A stretch of DNA of 64,000 bases from Candidatus Hodarchaeota archaeon. Lineage in GTDB: Archaea > Asgardarchaeota > Lokiarchaeia > Sigyniarchaeales > SOKP01. The notes below the pieces were generated by a model. That model did no database searches and was not told the DNA's origin. It saw nothing but the letters and a program-made list of their open reading frames with translations. Where the stretch lies: assembly GCA_048887225.1 (NCBI GenBank), contig JBHLJY010000005.1, positions 1 to 64,000 on the forward strand, in the 5' to 3' direction. The position numbers and the translations under genes were made by a program. This document shows, one piece after another, positions 1-10,387 of the stretch (its first letter is position 1; every line of letters begins with the position of its first letter).

Positions 1-88
1 TATACTTTTATTTTAAAATAGATTAATATTTAATTATTATACAGCATAAATTTATTAAATTAGATTTTTTTATAACTAAAATCAGACT

Positions 89-286
89 ATGAAAATTAGA
101 TTATGTCCAAAATGTAGAAAACCAACGCTAAGAAGTGCTACTAATGTTAGCGGATGGCTAGCCCCGGATCTATACGAGTGTAGTGATGAGGATTGTCGTT
201 ATATAGGGCGGGTGTATATTGAGGTTGATCCAAAAGATTTTAAGATAGATGAAGAAATCGAATTTGATAAAAAAGAAAAAGAATAA
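89..286 (+). CDS. small Zn-ribbon protein
   Basis: CPKC...C-x4-C pairs with acidic tail; archaeal-type 'WLAPxxYxC' pattern. Confidence 0.65.
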   Translation: MKIRLCPKCRKPTLRSATNVSGWLAPDLYECSDEDCRYIGRVYIEVDPKDFKIDEEIEFDKKEKE

Positions 287-351
287 AATCTTCAAATCTA
301 ATATTCATTAATTTCTATTATCATAACTAGATAATATTTTTGTGATTAAAT

Positions 352-1287
352 ATGGACCAATTGTTAAAAGATGCTGAAAGAATTAAATCTTTAGAAATTC
401 AAGGGGCAACCAATGTAGCTCTAAGTGCGATAGATTTTTTAAGTAATTACGCCAGGAGATTAAAATGTCCCGATATTGAGAGCTGTATTGACAAACTTTA
501 CAATGCTAAAGAGATTTTAATTGACACAAGACCAACAGAACCTGCTATGAAAAATGGATTAAAATATTTAATGAACAAATTAGAAAATGAAAAGGAAAAT
601 TGTTGTTTAGAAGATATTCCAGTAATCATTGAAAATTATAAAAATCAATATTTTGAAATGCTTCAAAATTCGAAGCAAAAAATAGCCGAAATTGGCGCTC
701 GCCGCTTTCCTACTACCGAGAAAAAATTTATTGTAATGACCCATTGCCATTCATCACTAGTCACAGCTATTCTTTTGGAGGCTAAAAGGCAGAGGAAGAA
801 TTTTATGGTAATTAATACCGAAACTCAGCCTAGATTACAAGGTAGAGTAACCGCAAAAGAATTATTAGAGGCTGGTATAGAAGTAATTCATGTAGTTGAT
901 AGTGCAATGAGATGGGCTGTTAGAAATTTTCAAGTAGATTTAATAATTATTGGAGCAGATTCAATCACTTCAGAAGGCACTGTCTTGAATAAAATAGGGT
1001 CAAGATTACTTGCGTTAGTAGCACATGAAGAAAATATTCCATTTTACGTTGCATCACCATTGTTGAAATACAATCCTGAAACAAATTTAGGAGTTTTAGA
1101 AAAGATTGAAATGCGAGATCCTAAAGAAATATGGGAGAACGCACCAAAAAAGATTCAAATATTGAATCCTGCTTTCGAGACCGTGAGTAGAAGATATATA
1201 GATGGATTAATTACTGAAGCTGGAATTTTTGCTTCGAGTCACGTTCCCAATTATTTCGCAAAACTTTATCCAGAGATGATAGGATAA
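352..1287 (+). CDS. ribose-1,5-bisphosphate isomerase (eIF2B alpha/beta/delta family)
   Basis: IQGATNVA, TRPT, THCHS (catalytic Cys), GADSI (catalytic Asp), NKIGS, NPAF; adjacent to RuBisCO. Confidence 0.9.
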   Translation: MDQLLKDAERIKSLEIQGATNVALSAIDFLSNYARRLKCPDIESCIDKLYNAKEILIDTRPTEPAMKNGLKYLMNKLENEKENCCLEDIPVIIENYKNQYFEMLQNSKQKIAEIGARRFPTTEKKFIVMTHCHSSLVTAILLEAKRQRKNFMVINTETQPRLQGRVTAKELLEAGIEVIHVVDSAMRWAVRNFQVDLIIIGADSITSEGTVLNKIGSRLLALVAHEENIPFYVASPLLKYNPETNLGVLEKIEMRDPKEIWENAPKKIQILNPAFETVSRRYIDGLITEAGIFASSHVPNYFAKLYPEMIG

Positions 1288-1295
1288 GCTTTTAA

Positions 1296-2576
1296 TTATA
1301 CTTGACCCCATTTTTCAATAGCTTTTTTCAATTCTGGATTTGATTTAGCATATTCCTTCAATCCGATTCCATCTATAACAGCAGCAATAGCTTGTCTAAT
1401 TGCTTTTGCTCCAGCTTCAGTTCCATCTGGATGTCCATGACATCCACCTCCAAATTGAAAGACTACGTCTTTTCCTAGAATTTCTATAAGTTCTGGAGCA
1501 TGTAAGGGACTTAAACCACCAGAAGCGACTGGTAATGTTGGCTTAATATTTCCCCAATCCTGATCTAACATTGCTATATCATTACCTTTGATCGTTGTTT
1601 CAGTAATTACCTTATTAATATCGCGAACTTCTTGTTTTGGACCTTCCATTTTTCCTACGACAGTTCCAGTATGTAATTGATCCATACCAATTAATCTCAT
1701 TAGTTTTGCTAATGCTAACATTGTCATACCATGTTTTTTATTCCGAGTGAATGCGGCGTGCATTGCTCTGTGAGCATGAATTACAAGATTTTTATCTTCC
1801 AAATAATCTCTAATATCTTGTAAGGCAGAAAACCCAATTGTAATAATATCAACCATTACATATTCCCCACCATTTTCAATTACATAATCAGCTCTCTTCT
1901 TCATAGTACTCAATTTCGCTGTAATATTTGGCATATACATTTTTCTCTCTCCAGTTTCATTTTCAATTTTATCTCGAACTTTTAAAGTTTCTGAAATACG
2001 TTTTTCAAATTTATTGAATGTCATGCTCGTCAGATTTTCATCGTCTTTTACGATATCTAATCCTCCTGACCAAGCTTCTCCACAAACTTTAGCATGCTCA
2101 TCTTCATTTAATCCGACTTTTGGTTTTACAATCGTTCCTAAAAGCGGTCGTTTTTCAACCTTGATTAATTTTCTAATTCCTTCAATCCCAAATTTAGGAC
2201 CCTTATATGCCTCCACAATATCTTTAGGAAATGATATATCTAATAATCTCAAATTCTCTAAAACTCTCATACCATAGATATTACCAGCAATAGCACTCAA
2301 TATTTGAGAAATATTATCTAATTCAAATAATTCTTTAGTGTAAGCAATCTTAATTATCTGATGCTCATTATCAATGTAAAATGTCGAGGGTTTTAATCTA
2401 TCAGCAATCTCAGCTGACATAGTTGCTATATCAGTCCAAGTTCCTATAGAACTTTCTTTAGCAATTTCCATGGCAGCATGTTCTAAATCTTTACACCGTG
2501 GAGCTTTCTCAACATAATACATTGCGACAAGATCGTTCTTATTTGGCTTATAGTCTAAATCTACGTAGTCCACCAT
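1296..2576 (-). CDS. rbcL: form III RuBisCO large subunit
   Basis: ESSIGTWT, KPKVGL, GGLDIVKDDE, HAHRAMH, GTVVGKMEG, SGGL, GGGCHGHP. Confidence 0.96.
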   Translation of the reverse strand: MVDYVDLDYKPNKNDLVAMYYVEKAPRCKDLEHAAMEIAKESSIGTWTDIATMSAEIADRLKPSTFYIDNEHQIIKIAYTKELFELDNISQILSAIAGNIYGMRVLENLRLLDISFPKDIVEAYKGPKFGIEGIRKLIKVEKRPLLGTIVKPKVGLNEDEHAKVCGEAWSGGLDIVKDDENLTSMTFNKFEKRISETLKVRDKIENETGERKMYMPNITAKLSTMKKRADYVIENGGEYVMVDIITIGFSALQDIRDYLEDKNLVIHAHRAMHAAFTRNKKHGMTMLALAKLMRLIGMDQLHTGTVVGKMEGPKQEVRDINKVITETTIKGNDIAMLDQDWGNIKPTLPVASGGLSPLHAPELIEILGKDVVFQFGGGCHGHPDGTEAGAKAIRQAIAAVIDGIGLKEYAKSNPELKKAIEKWGQV

Positions 2577-2675
2577 AATTATTCAACACTAAATGTTTTT
2601 TAATTCATTAAAAAAAAACTATGTTTCCATAAAAATTTTATACCATTATTAATTACCAAAAAGAGTGATTAAGAA

Positions 2676-2984
2676 GTGAGTGAAGAATCTAAGCAACTTT
2701 TTATCAATATTAAAGATTTAAGCTTTAGAAGCGACCATTTTGTTGATGATTTAATCAGATATTTATCAGAAGCGTTACCACAAATTAATATAATTCGAAA
2801 TGTAAACGAGCTTGAATTAGAGGTTCCAATCGATCTTTCCAAAAGAATCATTAGATTAAGAATAAGGAAATATTTGTATAAAAAAAGATTAGACGGCGAT
2901 TTTAGACCCATATCGTATATTGATCCTAATAAAGATGGATATATTATAAAAGAGAAGAAAATAGTTGAGTTTACTTATTATTAA
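2676..2984 (+). CDS. rpl22e: ribosomal protein eL22 (L22e) homolog
   Basis: 102 aa basic protein; 'LSKRIIRLRIRKYLYKKRL..FR.I.....GY' aligns with the eukaryotic eL22 C-terminal SKRYLKYLTKKYLKK...R...Y pattern. Confidence 0.75.
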   Translation: MSEESKQLFINIKDLSFRSDHFVDDLIRYLSEALPQINIIRNVNELELEVPIDLSKRIIRLRIRKYLYKKRLDGDFRPISYIDPNKDGYIIKEKKIVEFTYY

Positions 2985-3034
2985 ATCTTCTTTTCTTCGT
3001 AAATATTAATTTATTAAAACATTATATTTTAAAC

Positions 3035-4006
3035 GTGTCTTCAAAAGTAAAACTCGAATTATCGATTAATTCGATCAATGATTTAATGAGATGTGTTAAT
3101 CTAGCGAGTTTATTAGAATTATCTGGTTGGCCTAAACCAGGGAATATACATCGTAGGCAAAATTTCAAAGATACTCGTTTTGAACATTTCTTAGCTGGAA
3201 TTGCGGCAATTCAACCTAATTTTAAAGAGTTTTGTGATAATATTTATAAAAATTCTTTGAGTATTGACGATGATTATAATTTTTTAAATTTAGGGCTATT
3301 CTTTAAGGAAGCTGCTAAAGAAATGATGAAATGGCAGAAAGGAGGGAATGTTTTATTAGGACACATTTTAATATTTGCTCCTCTTGTAGCTGCAGCTACT
3401 ATCTGTTTAAAATTTAAGAGACCGAAATTTAAAGATTTTGTAAACAATGTTGAAAAAGTAATTAATGACTCTACAGTAGAAGACACCATTAATTTATACG
3501 AAGCTATAAGAATATGTAATCCAGGAGGTCTCGGAAGAATAGACAAATATGATATTTACAACAAAGATTCTATAAAAAATATTAAAAACGATAACATAAA
3601 TCTAAAGAGAATATTTGAACTATCTAAAGATTACGATTTAATAAGCCTTGAATATTCTACAGGTTTTAGTATAATTTTAAACAAGGGATTCCCCTACTAT
3701 TTTAATATTTTCAAACAAACCAATGATGTAAATATCGCAACAGTTAATACTTTTTTGAAAATTCTTACTGAACACGCTGATACATTAATAATAAGAAAAT
3801 CAGGATTAGACGCTGCGTTATTTGTTTCAAATAAAGCATCAGAAATATTAGAAGAAGGAGGGATTTCTACAGATAAAGGTTTAAATTTAATTAAAGAATT
3901 AGACGAAATCTTACAAGCAAAAAACGGTAAAATGAATCCAGGAACAACTGCTGATATTTTAGCTGGTATTATTCTATGTGCCTTGATGTTCGGATTAAAA
4001 TTTTAA
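3035..4006 (+). CDS. citG: CitG/triphosphoribosyl-dephospho-CoA synthase family protein
   Basis: LELSGWPKPGNIHR, GGNVLLG, DTLIIRK, NPGTTAD. Confidence 0.85.
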   Translation: MSSKVKLELSINSINDLMRCVNLASLLELSGWPKPGNIHRRQNFKDTRFEHFLAGIAAIQPNFKEFCDNIYKNSLSIDDDYNFLNLGLFFKEAAKEMMKWQKGGNVLLGHILIFAPLVAAATICLKFKRPKFKDFVNNVEKVINDSTVEDTINLYEAIRICNPGGLGRIDKYDIYNKDSIKNIKNDNINLKRIFELSKDYDLISLEYSTGFSIILNKGFPYYFNIFKQTNDVNIATVNTFLKILTEHADTLIIRKSGLDAALFVSNKASEILEEGGISTDKGLNLIKELDEILQAKNGKMNPGTTADILAGIILCALMFGLKF

Positions 4007-4091
4007 AAAAGAAAAAAATTTTAGCTAATAAAAATTATTTTATTACTATAAGACACTTCATAATTAAATATACTAGAAAAGCTGAGCTAAA

Positions 4092-4442
4092 GTGGAATTT
4101 TGCGATGAGTGCGGAAGTATAATGCTTCCATCGACAGTAGAAGGTGAAAAAGTGTTCAAATGTAAATGTGGTGCGATAAAACCACTTTCAGAGGAAAAAT
4201 CTAAATTATATAAACTCAAAACAAAAATAGAGCATCCTATAAGAAATGAAGTAGTTAATATAGCCGAAGTTATGAAGTGGAAAGATGAAAACTTAAAAAG
4301 CGCAATAAAAAATTTTAAATGCCGTCAATGTGGATACAATAAAGCACACTTAGAAACAAGACAAACACGAAGGGCAGACGAGGGAATGACTCATTTTCTC
4401 ATATGTTTGAATTGTGGAAAGATGATAAAAATTGGAAGTTAA
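4092..4442 (+). CDS. tfs: transcription elongation/cleavage factor TFS (RpoM/TFIIS family)
   Basis: N-terminal FCDECG Zn ribbon; C-terminal CRQC...QTRRADEG...CLNC. Confidence 0.9.
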   Translation: MEFCDECGSIMLPSTVEGEKVFKCKCGAIKPLSEEKSKLYKLKTKIEHPIRNEVVNIAEVMKWKDENLKSAIKNFKCRQCGYNKAHLETRQTRRADEGMTHFLICLNCGKMIKIGS

Positions 4443-4476
4443 TTTTATATTTTTTTTTAATTTTTAAGAATGAAAC

Positions 4477-4495
4477 GGGTTAAAAGATTTAACCC
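4477..4495. terminator. inverted repeat between convergent genes
   Basis: GGGTTAAA-AGA-TTTAACCC with T-rich tracts nearby. Confidence 0.4.
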
Positions 4496-4526
4496 AATTA
4501 ACTTAACTGATTTTTATTAATCCTAT

Positions 4527-5921
4527 TCAAAATTTAATGTAATTGTCAATATTATCTTTTAAACGGTTATATGAAGGAATTGATAACCTAATCCCTCCCG
4601 CCAACTTATGTCCTCCCCCCATCCCTCCTAAATCATCTTTTATTCTATTAATTATCGTATTTACGCCTTTATCATTATTCTGTTTTAAATATTTTCTTGA
4701 ACAGCGAATACTTAATTTGATAGTATGGTTTTTCATTTCTTCTCCCCCTAAAAATAAAACTTTATAAGGATCGAGAAGTTCATTAACTACGCTAAAACTG
4801 GCTGTATCTGACCAATTACTTGCGGGAATTTCTTGTCCAGCATCTATAAAGATTGCTTCATCAGTTTCATATCGAGGCAAATTGACAAGTGTCTTTAAAT
4901 TTTTAACTAAATTTATAATATATTCGTAATATATCCCTTTTGCATAGAACGTGGTTGATTTATTTTGAACGATAGAAAGAGCGGCGTTAATATTTTTAAA
5001 GCACAGTATATTCAATAAGAGAGCATGTTCGAAAGCAAAACTTAAAATTCCTTGTTTCTGAGGTAAAATTGCATAATGCCCATAACTATTGAAGTTCGCT
5101 TCTTCCTGAATCTTCTGTATTTCTGAAAAATTTAAATCTACTAGTTTTTTCTTAGGATTAATTTGCAGATTTTTCAAAAAAGATTTAATAATTTGATCTT
5201 CTTCACCACCTAATCCATTAATAAAAGGTAATATACTATATTTTAAGCCATTTTTTATAGTCTCATACATACTTCCAAACAAGCATAATCCTTCTGCATC
5301 CTGAAAAACCTCTTCTTCCAATAATTCTTCGTAAATTTCTCGGTTAAAAGATTCAAGTTTATCAGTCGGTCTCAATGTATCTCCTGCTATGCCAATAATA
5401 GTTAGCCAACCCTGTTTAATTACTGGTTTTAGTTTAATTCTTTTTGCAAACATGTAAGCTAAAGTAGCACCAGCAATATGATCTAATCCATCATAGCCAT
5501 AAATGGTTGGATTTACGAAATACAAATTCTCTGGAATTTTAATACTATTAACATCAACATCTACTTCGTGATGGTCCAAAATAAAAAAATATTCCTTTCT
5601 ATCTTGGATGATTGGTATTATTTCCGTCAGATTAGAGCCCACATCAGTAAAGATTATTGCAGTTTTTGGAGTTTTATCGTTTTGGCGTCTTGTTAAAATT
5701 CCTTTTAAATAATTTGCCCATGAAACTGATCTATTATATATAAAATAGTCGAAATCAAAGTTCATTCTATATAATAAATTTTGTATAATGTGTAAGCTAC
5801 ATATTCCATCAGCATCGTTATGAGAAATTGAAATATATTTATCAAACGATAGATCAACAAACTGATCCACTGCGTTATTAAGATCTCCTATAAATTTATT
5901 TCGATCGGGTTTATTGACCAT
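4527..5921 (-). CDS. DHH/DHHA1 phosphoesterase, RecJ-like
   Basis: SHNDADG, TDVGS, LDHH, GGGHKLAGG. Confidence 0.85.
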   Translation of the reverse strand: MVNKPDRNKFIGDLNNAVDQFVDLSFDKYISISHNDADGICSLHIIQNLLYRMNFDFDYFIYNRSVSWANYLKGILTRRQNDKTPKTAIIFTDVGSNLTEIIPIIQDRKEYFFILDHHEVDVDVNSIKIPENLYFVNPTIYGYDGLDHIAGATLAYMFAKRIKLKPVIKQGWLTIIGIAGDTLRPTDKLESFNREIYEELLEEEVFQDAEGLCLFGSMYETIKNGLKYSILPFINGLGGEEDQIIKSFLKNLQINPKKKLVDLNFSEIQKIQEEANFNSYGHYAILPQKQGILSFAFEHALLLNILCFKNINAALSIVQNKSTTFYAKGIYYEYIINLVKNLKTLVNLPRYETDEAIFIDAGQEIPASNWSDTASFSVVNELLDPYKVLFLGGEEMKNHTIKLSIRCSRKYLKQNNDKGVNTIINRIKDDLGGMGGGHKLAGGIRLSIPSYNRLKDNIDNYIKF

Positions 5922-6131
5922 TTATATCATTTCAATAATTCTAAAAAATTTAATAACTCAAAAAGAATAAAAACAAATTTCAAGAACAATTTTAAAAATA
6001 TAAATATTCCGTATTATAATAATTTTAATTTACATTACGAGCTTATATCTTAAATAATAAAGATTAAAAATTTTACTAAATAATAAAAATTAATTTTTTC
6101 GCTCTAAATAAATAGATTAAGAACCAAAATA

Positions 6132-7886
6132 ATGCTAACAAATCGGAAAAAAAAAAAAAGATTTGCAAAAAGGCTTATATTATTTCTTGTAATTGTAAAC
6201 TTATTGATTCCCTTCATAATTGTTGGCAAGGATAATGATTCTAATTATAACTATAGTTATAATTCTTACGATAGCACTTTTCCTGAGCCAAAAACGCAAG
6301 TCTTCTCAAAAGATTTATATACTCCGATTCTTGAAGAAGAAAAGCACGGTCTTGGAAGTATTAATGTAACTGAAGTAGATTTACAATATATTGGAGAAGG
6401 TTTTAATTTAACAAAAAACGCTGACATTAATTATAGAAATGATTTAACTTCAAAAGCATTAAATATGAGCTATAAAGGAACTAAATTCATTAAGACTGAA
6501 AAAATTGCTCAAGTTGATAATCTTAACGAAAACATAACTGATTTCGAAAAAATTGTAGTCAAATTAAATGAAACCCTTAGTATTCAATATAATGAATCTA
6601 CAGAAGGTTTTCTAATTTACGCTTCGAAATTAACTCCTTGCAAATTAATTCAATTATCAGTTGAAAATAATACTAGAAATATAGAAGATATACACGAAAG
6701 TAATTATTCTATCAATGAAATTGATGGGATTGATTTTATAAATTTTAATTTTAAAAATTATTTCAAGCTAAATAATCTTAATTTTACAATGCATATGATC
6801 TGGCAATATAATTTTACTATTGAAAATTGGCAGATGTCTCAATATTTTAAGCCTGAACTAATCATAACAGAGGAAGACAATATAATTTATCCAAAATTTA
6901 ATTATTATTTTCAAATAAAAGGATTAAAATATATCAAAACTAATGAGAGCATAATTTATCAAGAGATTCTTGCTGATGACTTATTAATTAATTTAACGAT
7001 CAATCTTCCTGATAAAAACTTATTGAGCTCTCATTATTTAATTTTAAACCAAGAAGTAATTCCTAAAAACGATTTTTTGGCCCCAGATAAGTCTGTGTTT
7101 ACAAACTTTATTGGAGCTAATATAAGCACCATAGATCTCGATTTTACTACTTATTTTTCAATAGAGTTTGTAGAACCAGTTGATTACACATGGGGTATTG
7201 ATAGACTTGTTGAAGATCAAGATATAAGGGAACGAATATATTTTCCAAAAATAACTTCTGGACCAAGTAATATTTACTTAAAATATATTAAGATTCTTGA
7301 AGAAACCATATCCTTTGACCAAATCATAAGTAGTAACTCTCTGTTTAAAAGAATTTTATCATATACAGAAATAAACGTTTCTGAATTTGAAGAAGAGCTA
7401 ATAAATAGCTTAATATTTCACCAATTTGCCACCAAAAGGCAGGGTATTAAAATAACTATGCCTTATATGATCAAGGGAGAAATTTGTCCCTTTACAATAA
7501 AATATGAAACTACAAATGATCTTCGAATTATTATTACAGATAATATTGACATGCCTTTATCTAATTTTGAGGTTGTAATTTATTATTATGGTGAAAAATA
7601 CGGAACTTATATATCTAAGGAAAAAACACAACCTTTAGGGCTAATAATTACAGATGAGAATGGAGAAGTCTTAATTGAAAATGTACCTAACGGAAATTAT
7701 ACAATCAAAATTTATCCGAGAGATAGTGATGATTTAATAAAAAAAGCAGAAGTTAGCTCTTTTTTAGATATTAATTATGTTGTTACGCCAGTAATTCACT
7801 TCCCTCTATTGATTTTAATACTTGGTGGAATCTCTGGAATTTTACTGGGAATAGGTTTATATATTTATCGTAAGCGTGAAAAGTAA
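6132..7886 (+). CDS. membrane-anchored cell-surface (glyco)protein
   Basis: basic N-terminus plus hydrophobic signal, many N-x-S/T sequons, TDENGE...VPNGNYTI prealbumin-like motif, C-terminal TM plus basic tail. Confidence 0.7.
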   Translation: MLTNRKKKKRFAKRLILFLVIVNLLIPFIIVGKDNDSNYNYSYNSYDSTFPEPKTQVFSKDLYTPILEEEKHGLGSINVTEVDLQYIGEGFNLTKNADINYRNDLTSKALNMSYKGTKFIKTEKIAQVDNLNENITDFEKIVVKLNETLSIQYNESTEGFLIYASKLTPCKLIQLSVENNTRNIEDIHESNYSINEIDGIDFINFNFKNYFKLNNLNFTMHMIWQYNFTIENWQMSQYFKPELIITEEDNIIYPKFNYYFQIKGLKYIKTNESIIYQEILADDLLINLTINLPDKNLLSSHYLILNQEVIPKNDFLAPDKSVFTNFIGANISTIDLDFTTYFSIEFVEPVDYTWGIDRLVEDQDIRERIYFPKITSGPSNIYLKYIKILEETISFDQIISSNSLFKRILSYTEINVSEFEEELINSLIFHQFATKRQGIKITMPYMIKGEICPFTIKYETTNDLRIIITDNIDMPLSNFEVVIYYYGEKYGTYISKEKTQPLGLIITDENGEVLIENVPNGNYTIKIYPRDSDDLIKKAEVSSFLDINYVVTPVIHFPLLILILGGISGILLGIGLYIYRKREK

Positions 7887-7902
7887 GGAATTTTGAGGTG
7901 AA

Positions 7903-8244
7903 ATTGCCGTAATTGTAATTTTTATTGATAATATAGACGATTTCGTTGAGCTTTTATCCATTAAACCTCGGATTATGAATGAAATCTTTTATGAATTTAA
8001 AGAGATTAAAACTAATGTCGATTTATCTAGTAAAATCAATATCGAAATTATTTTACATTTTCTTTCAAAAGCCGAAGAATTTCTTGTATTATATGAAACT
8101 AAACTTAATTTGAGCAAATTAAATAGTTCAAACACAGAACAAGATGTAATTAATGAATTACAAAGAATTTTTAAACAATCGGACATGTCTTTATCTTTAA
8201 TAAAAGGAAAAGTGCGGGATATATATCTTTCTTACTCGTCATAA
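7903..8244 (+). CDS. hypothetical protein (probable ATT start; first ATG at 7975)
   Basis: frame open from 7897; GAGGTG Shine-Dalgarno at 7895-7900 followed by in-frame ATT codons (7903, 7912). Confidence 0.5.
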   Translation: MAVIVIFIDNIDDFVELLSIKPRIMNEIFYEFKEIKTNVDLSSKINIEIILHFLSKAEEFLVLYETKLNLSKLNSSNTEQDVINELQRIFKQSDMSLSLIKGKVRDIYLSYSS

Positions 8245-8356
8245 TCTTTTTGTGATTTCGTTTAAATAATATTAATGTCATTTAGCATTCTATGTTTAAA
8301 TTAAATTATTTAGACTAAAAAATCTGAAAAGAATTATTAAAGGAAATATTTCGTTC

Positions 8357-9949
8357 TTATTTGTTATGATCAACATTAACACCATAACCAATTAATCGAT
8401 AACGACGATTAATAATACGGGAAATTGCGTAAATGAAGTTTTCTGCCGGGCAAATTGGCGGATTTAATTTTATTATTACTGTATTCTTTAAAATTTTCGT
8501 CACTACCCCTCCCGTTTTTTCTGTGCCAACAACTAATAATAATCTCTCATTATGTTTAAGATCGGTCACCTTTATCATATTTTCAGAACCTATTACTCGA
8601 TCCAAAAGAGCAACCTTTAATTCTACTTCATCAAGTATTTCTGGTAAATTTCCAGGTTCACCTACTAAATGACCAATTAAAGAATCCCCTTTAGTCAAAG
8701 ATGGATCTAATTTTGTCCCTAAACCAATAAGGCCACCTGGTTTAGCAACCTCTAATAAATTTCTACCTTGACTAATACTAACGACAGTTGATCTAATTGG
8801 CACATATTTATCTTTAATACGAATACCCGGTCGAATTTCTATTATATTACCCTTTTTAATCTTTCCTTTTAATACGGAGCCACCAATTACTCCGCCTTTT
8901 AAATTCTCTATTTCGCTCCCTGGTCGATTAATATCAAAAGACCTTGCTATTAAGAATTGAAATTTCTCTTCTTCATTCAATTTAGGAGAAGGAATTACCT
9001 CTTCAAAAGATCTAATCACTAAATCAATATTTGAACTAAAAACGGCTGAAGTTGGTATTATAGGAGATTTTTCTGCAACTGTTCCTTTAATAAAATTTTT
9101 AATTTGATTGTAATTCTCTATGCTCTGCTCTTTTGAAACGGCATCTACTTTATTCTGTACAATAATAATATTTGTTATCCCCGCAATATTTAAGGCCGCT
9201 AAATGCTCTCTTGTCTGAGGTTGTGGACACGGTTCATCTGCCGCAATTAATAAACAAGCTCCATCCATTAAAGAAGCTCCACTAAGCATGGTTGCCATTA
9301 ATATTTCATGTCCCGGTGCGTCTACAAAAGAGATGTTACGCTTAAAAATTAATTTACCTTTACATTTTGAGCATGTATATCGAGGTTGACCTTTTTTTCT
9401 TTCCAGTTCAGCTAAATATGCGGTTAAATATTTATCGCAGGTTGGACAATAAAGAATGGTTGCGTTAGAATACCCTAATTTAATGGATATACCACGCTCT
9501 TGTTCTTCAGAGTGTCTATCAGTCCAATCTCCCGTTAGCGCTTTTACAAGCGTCGTTTTACCATGGTCTACATGACCTACGAGACCTATATTACATTCGG
9601 CTTGCTGCTTTATTAGCTCCTTGATATTTAATCCTTCCTCTTCTTCAACCTCTTTTACTCTTTCTTCTTTAATCTCTACTTTCTTTTGAATTTTTTTTTC
9701 TATTTTTTGTGTTTTTACTACTTTAGTTTCAGTTGTATCTATTTTTTCTGATGGTATTTCTTTAAATAACTTTTTTGCGTTATCAATATATTTTTTACCT
9801 GTGGCTGTTCCTATGCCTTTAATTTGCAATTTTAATAAATGTTCGAGTTTTATCGTGGCTAATTTTTGAATTGTATCTATTCCAGCAGCTTTTAATCTTT
9901 CAGCAGTTGCTTTTCCAATGCCATCTACATCTTCTAATTCATTTGCCAT
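8357..9949 (-). CDS. eif2g: translation initiation factor 2 gamma subunit with N-terminal HhH extension
   Basis: GHVDHGKTT, RGISIKLGY, Zn knuckle, DAPGHE, PQPQTREH, QNKVD, RSFDINRPG, RLIGYG. Confidence 0.95.
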   Translation of the reverse strand: MANELEDVDGIGKATAERLKAAGIDTIQKLATIKLEHLLKLQIKGIGTATGKKYIDNAKKLFKEIPSEKIDTTETKVVKTQKIEKKIQKKVEIKEERVKEVEEEEGLNIKELIKQQAECNIGLVGHVDHGKTTLVKALTGDWTDRHSEEQERGISIKLGYSNATILYCPTCDKYLTAYLAELERKKGQPRYTCSKCKGKLIFKRNISFVDAPGHEILMATMLSGASLMDGACLLIAADEPCPQPQTREHLAALNIAGITNIIIVQNKVDAVSKEQSIENYNQIKNFIKGTVAEKSPIIPTSAVFSSNIDLVIRSFEEVIPSPKLNEEEKFQFLIARSFDINRPGSEIENLKGGVIGGSVLKGKIKKGNIIEIRPGIRIKDKYVPIRSTVVSISQGRNLLEVAKPGGLIGLGTKLDPSLTKGDSLIGHLVGEPGNLPEILDEVELKVALLDRVIGSENMIKVTDLKHNERLLLVVGTEKTGGVVTKILKNTVIIKLNPPICPAENFIYAISRIINRRYRLIGYGVNVDHNK

Positions 9950-10048
9950 AATAGGATATTGTATACTGTTCTTGTTTCCCTAATTAAAATAAAGAAAGTA
10001 TTAATTATTAAATTAATTAAGAGTTAGTACTTATTTTGGGTAACAAAA

Positions 10049-10288
10049 CTATTGTATAGTTTTTATTGTCTTTATCTCGCAACCCTTAATTGATTTTTTT
10101 TTTCCGAGCTCTTTATAGGAAATTTGAAGTCGGGAATCTACATAAAATGTTGAAATTTTATCGCAAGATTCTTCTTTATGATGGATATAGACTGGGGCTG
10201 GGTAATGACTCGGATCTATGTCTTCCAACTCAATTTCAAATGTAATTTTTTTATTACAATAAGGGCAGAAATTAAATTTAAGAGTCAT
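10049..10288 (-). CDS. small CxxC hypothetical protein
   Basis: 79 aa ORF, CPYC plus H/C cluster. Confidence 0.6.
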   Translation of the reverse strand: MTLKFNFCPYCNKKITFEIELEDIDPSHYPAPVYIHHKEESCDKISTFYVDSRLQISYKELGKKKSIKGCEIKTIKTIQ

Positions 10289-10387
10289 TAAAATCAGCTT
10301 CTTTTATTTTATAACAATTATATTCTTATTTTTAAAATCTTATTCCTTAAAATAAATATATATCTATTAACTTTTTTATAATTTATA

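Noticed and set aside
352-1287. eIF2B subunit annotation
   Set aside because: Catalytic Cys/Asp and RuBisCO adjacency indicate R15P isomerase
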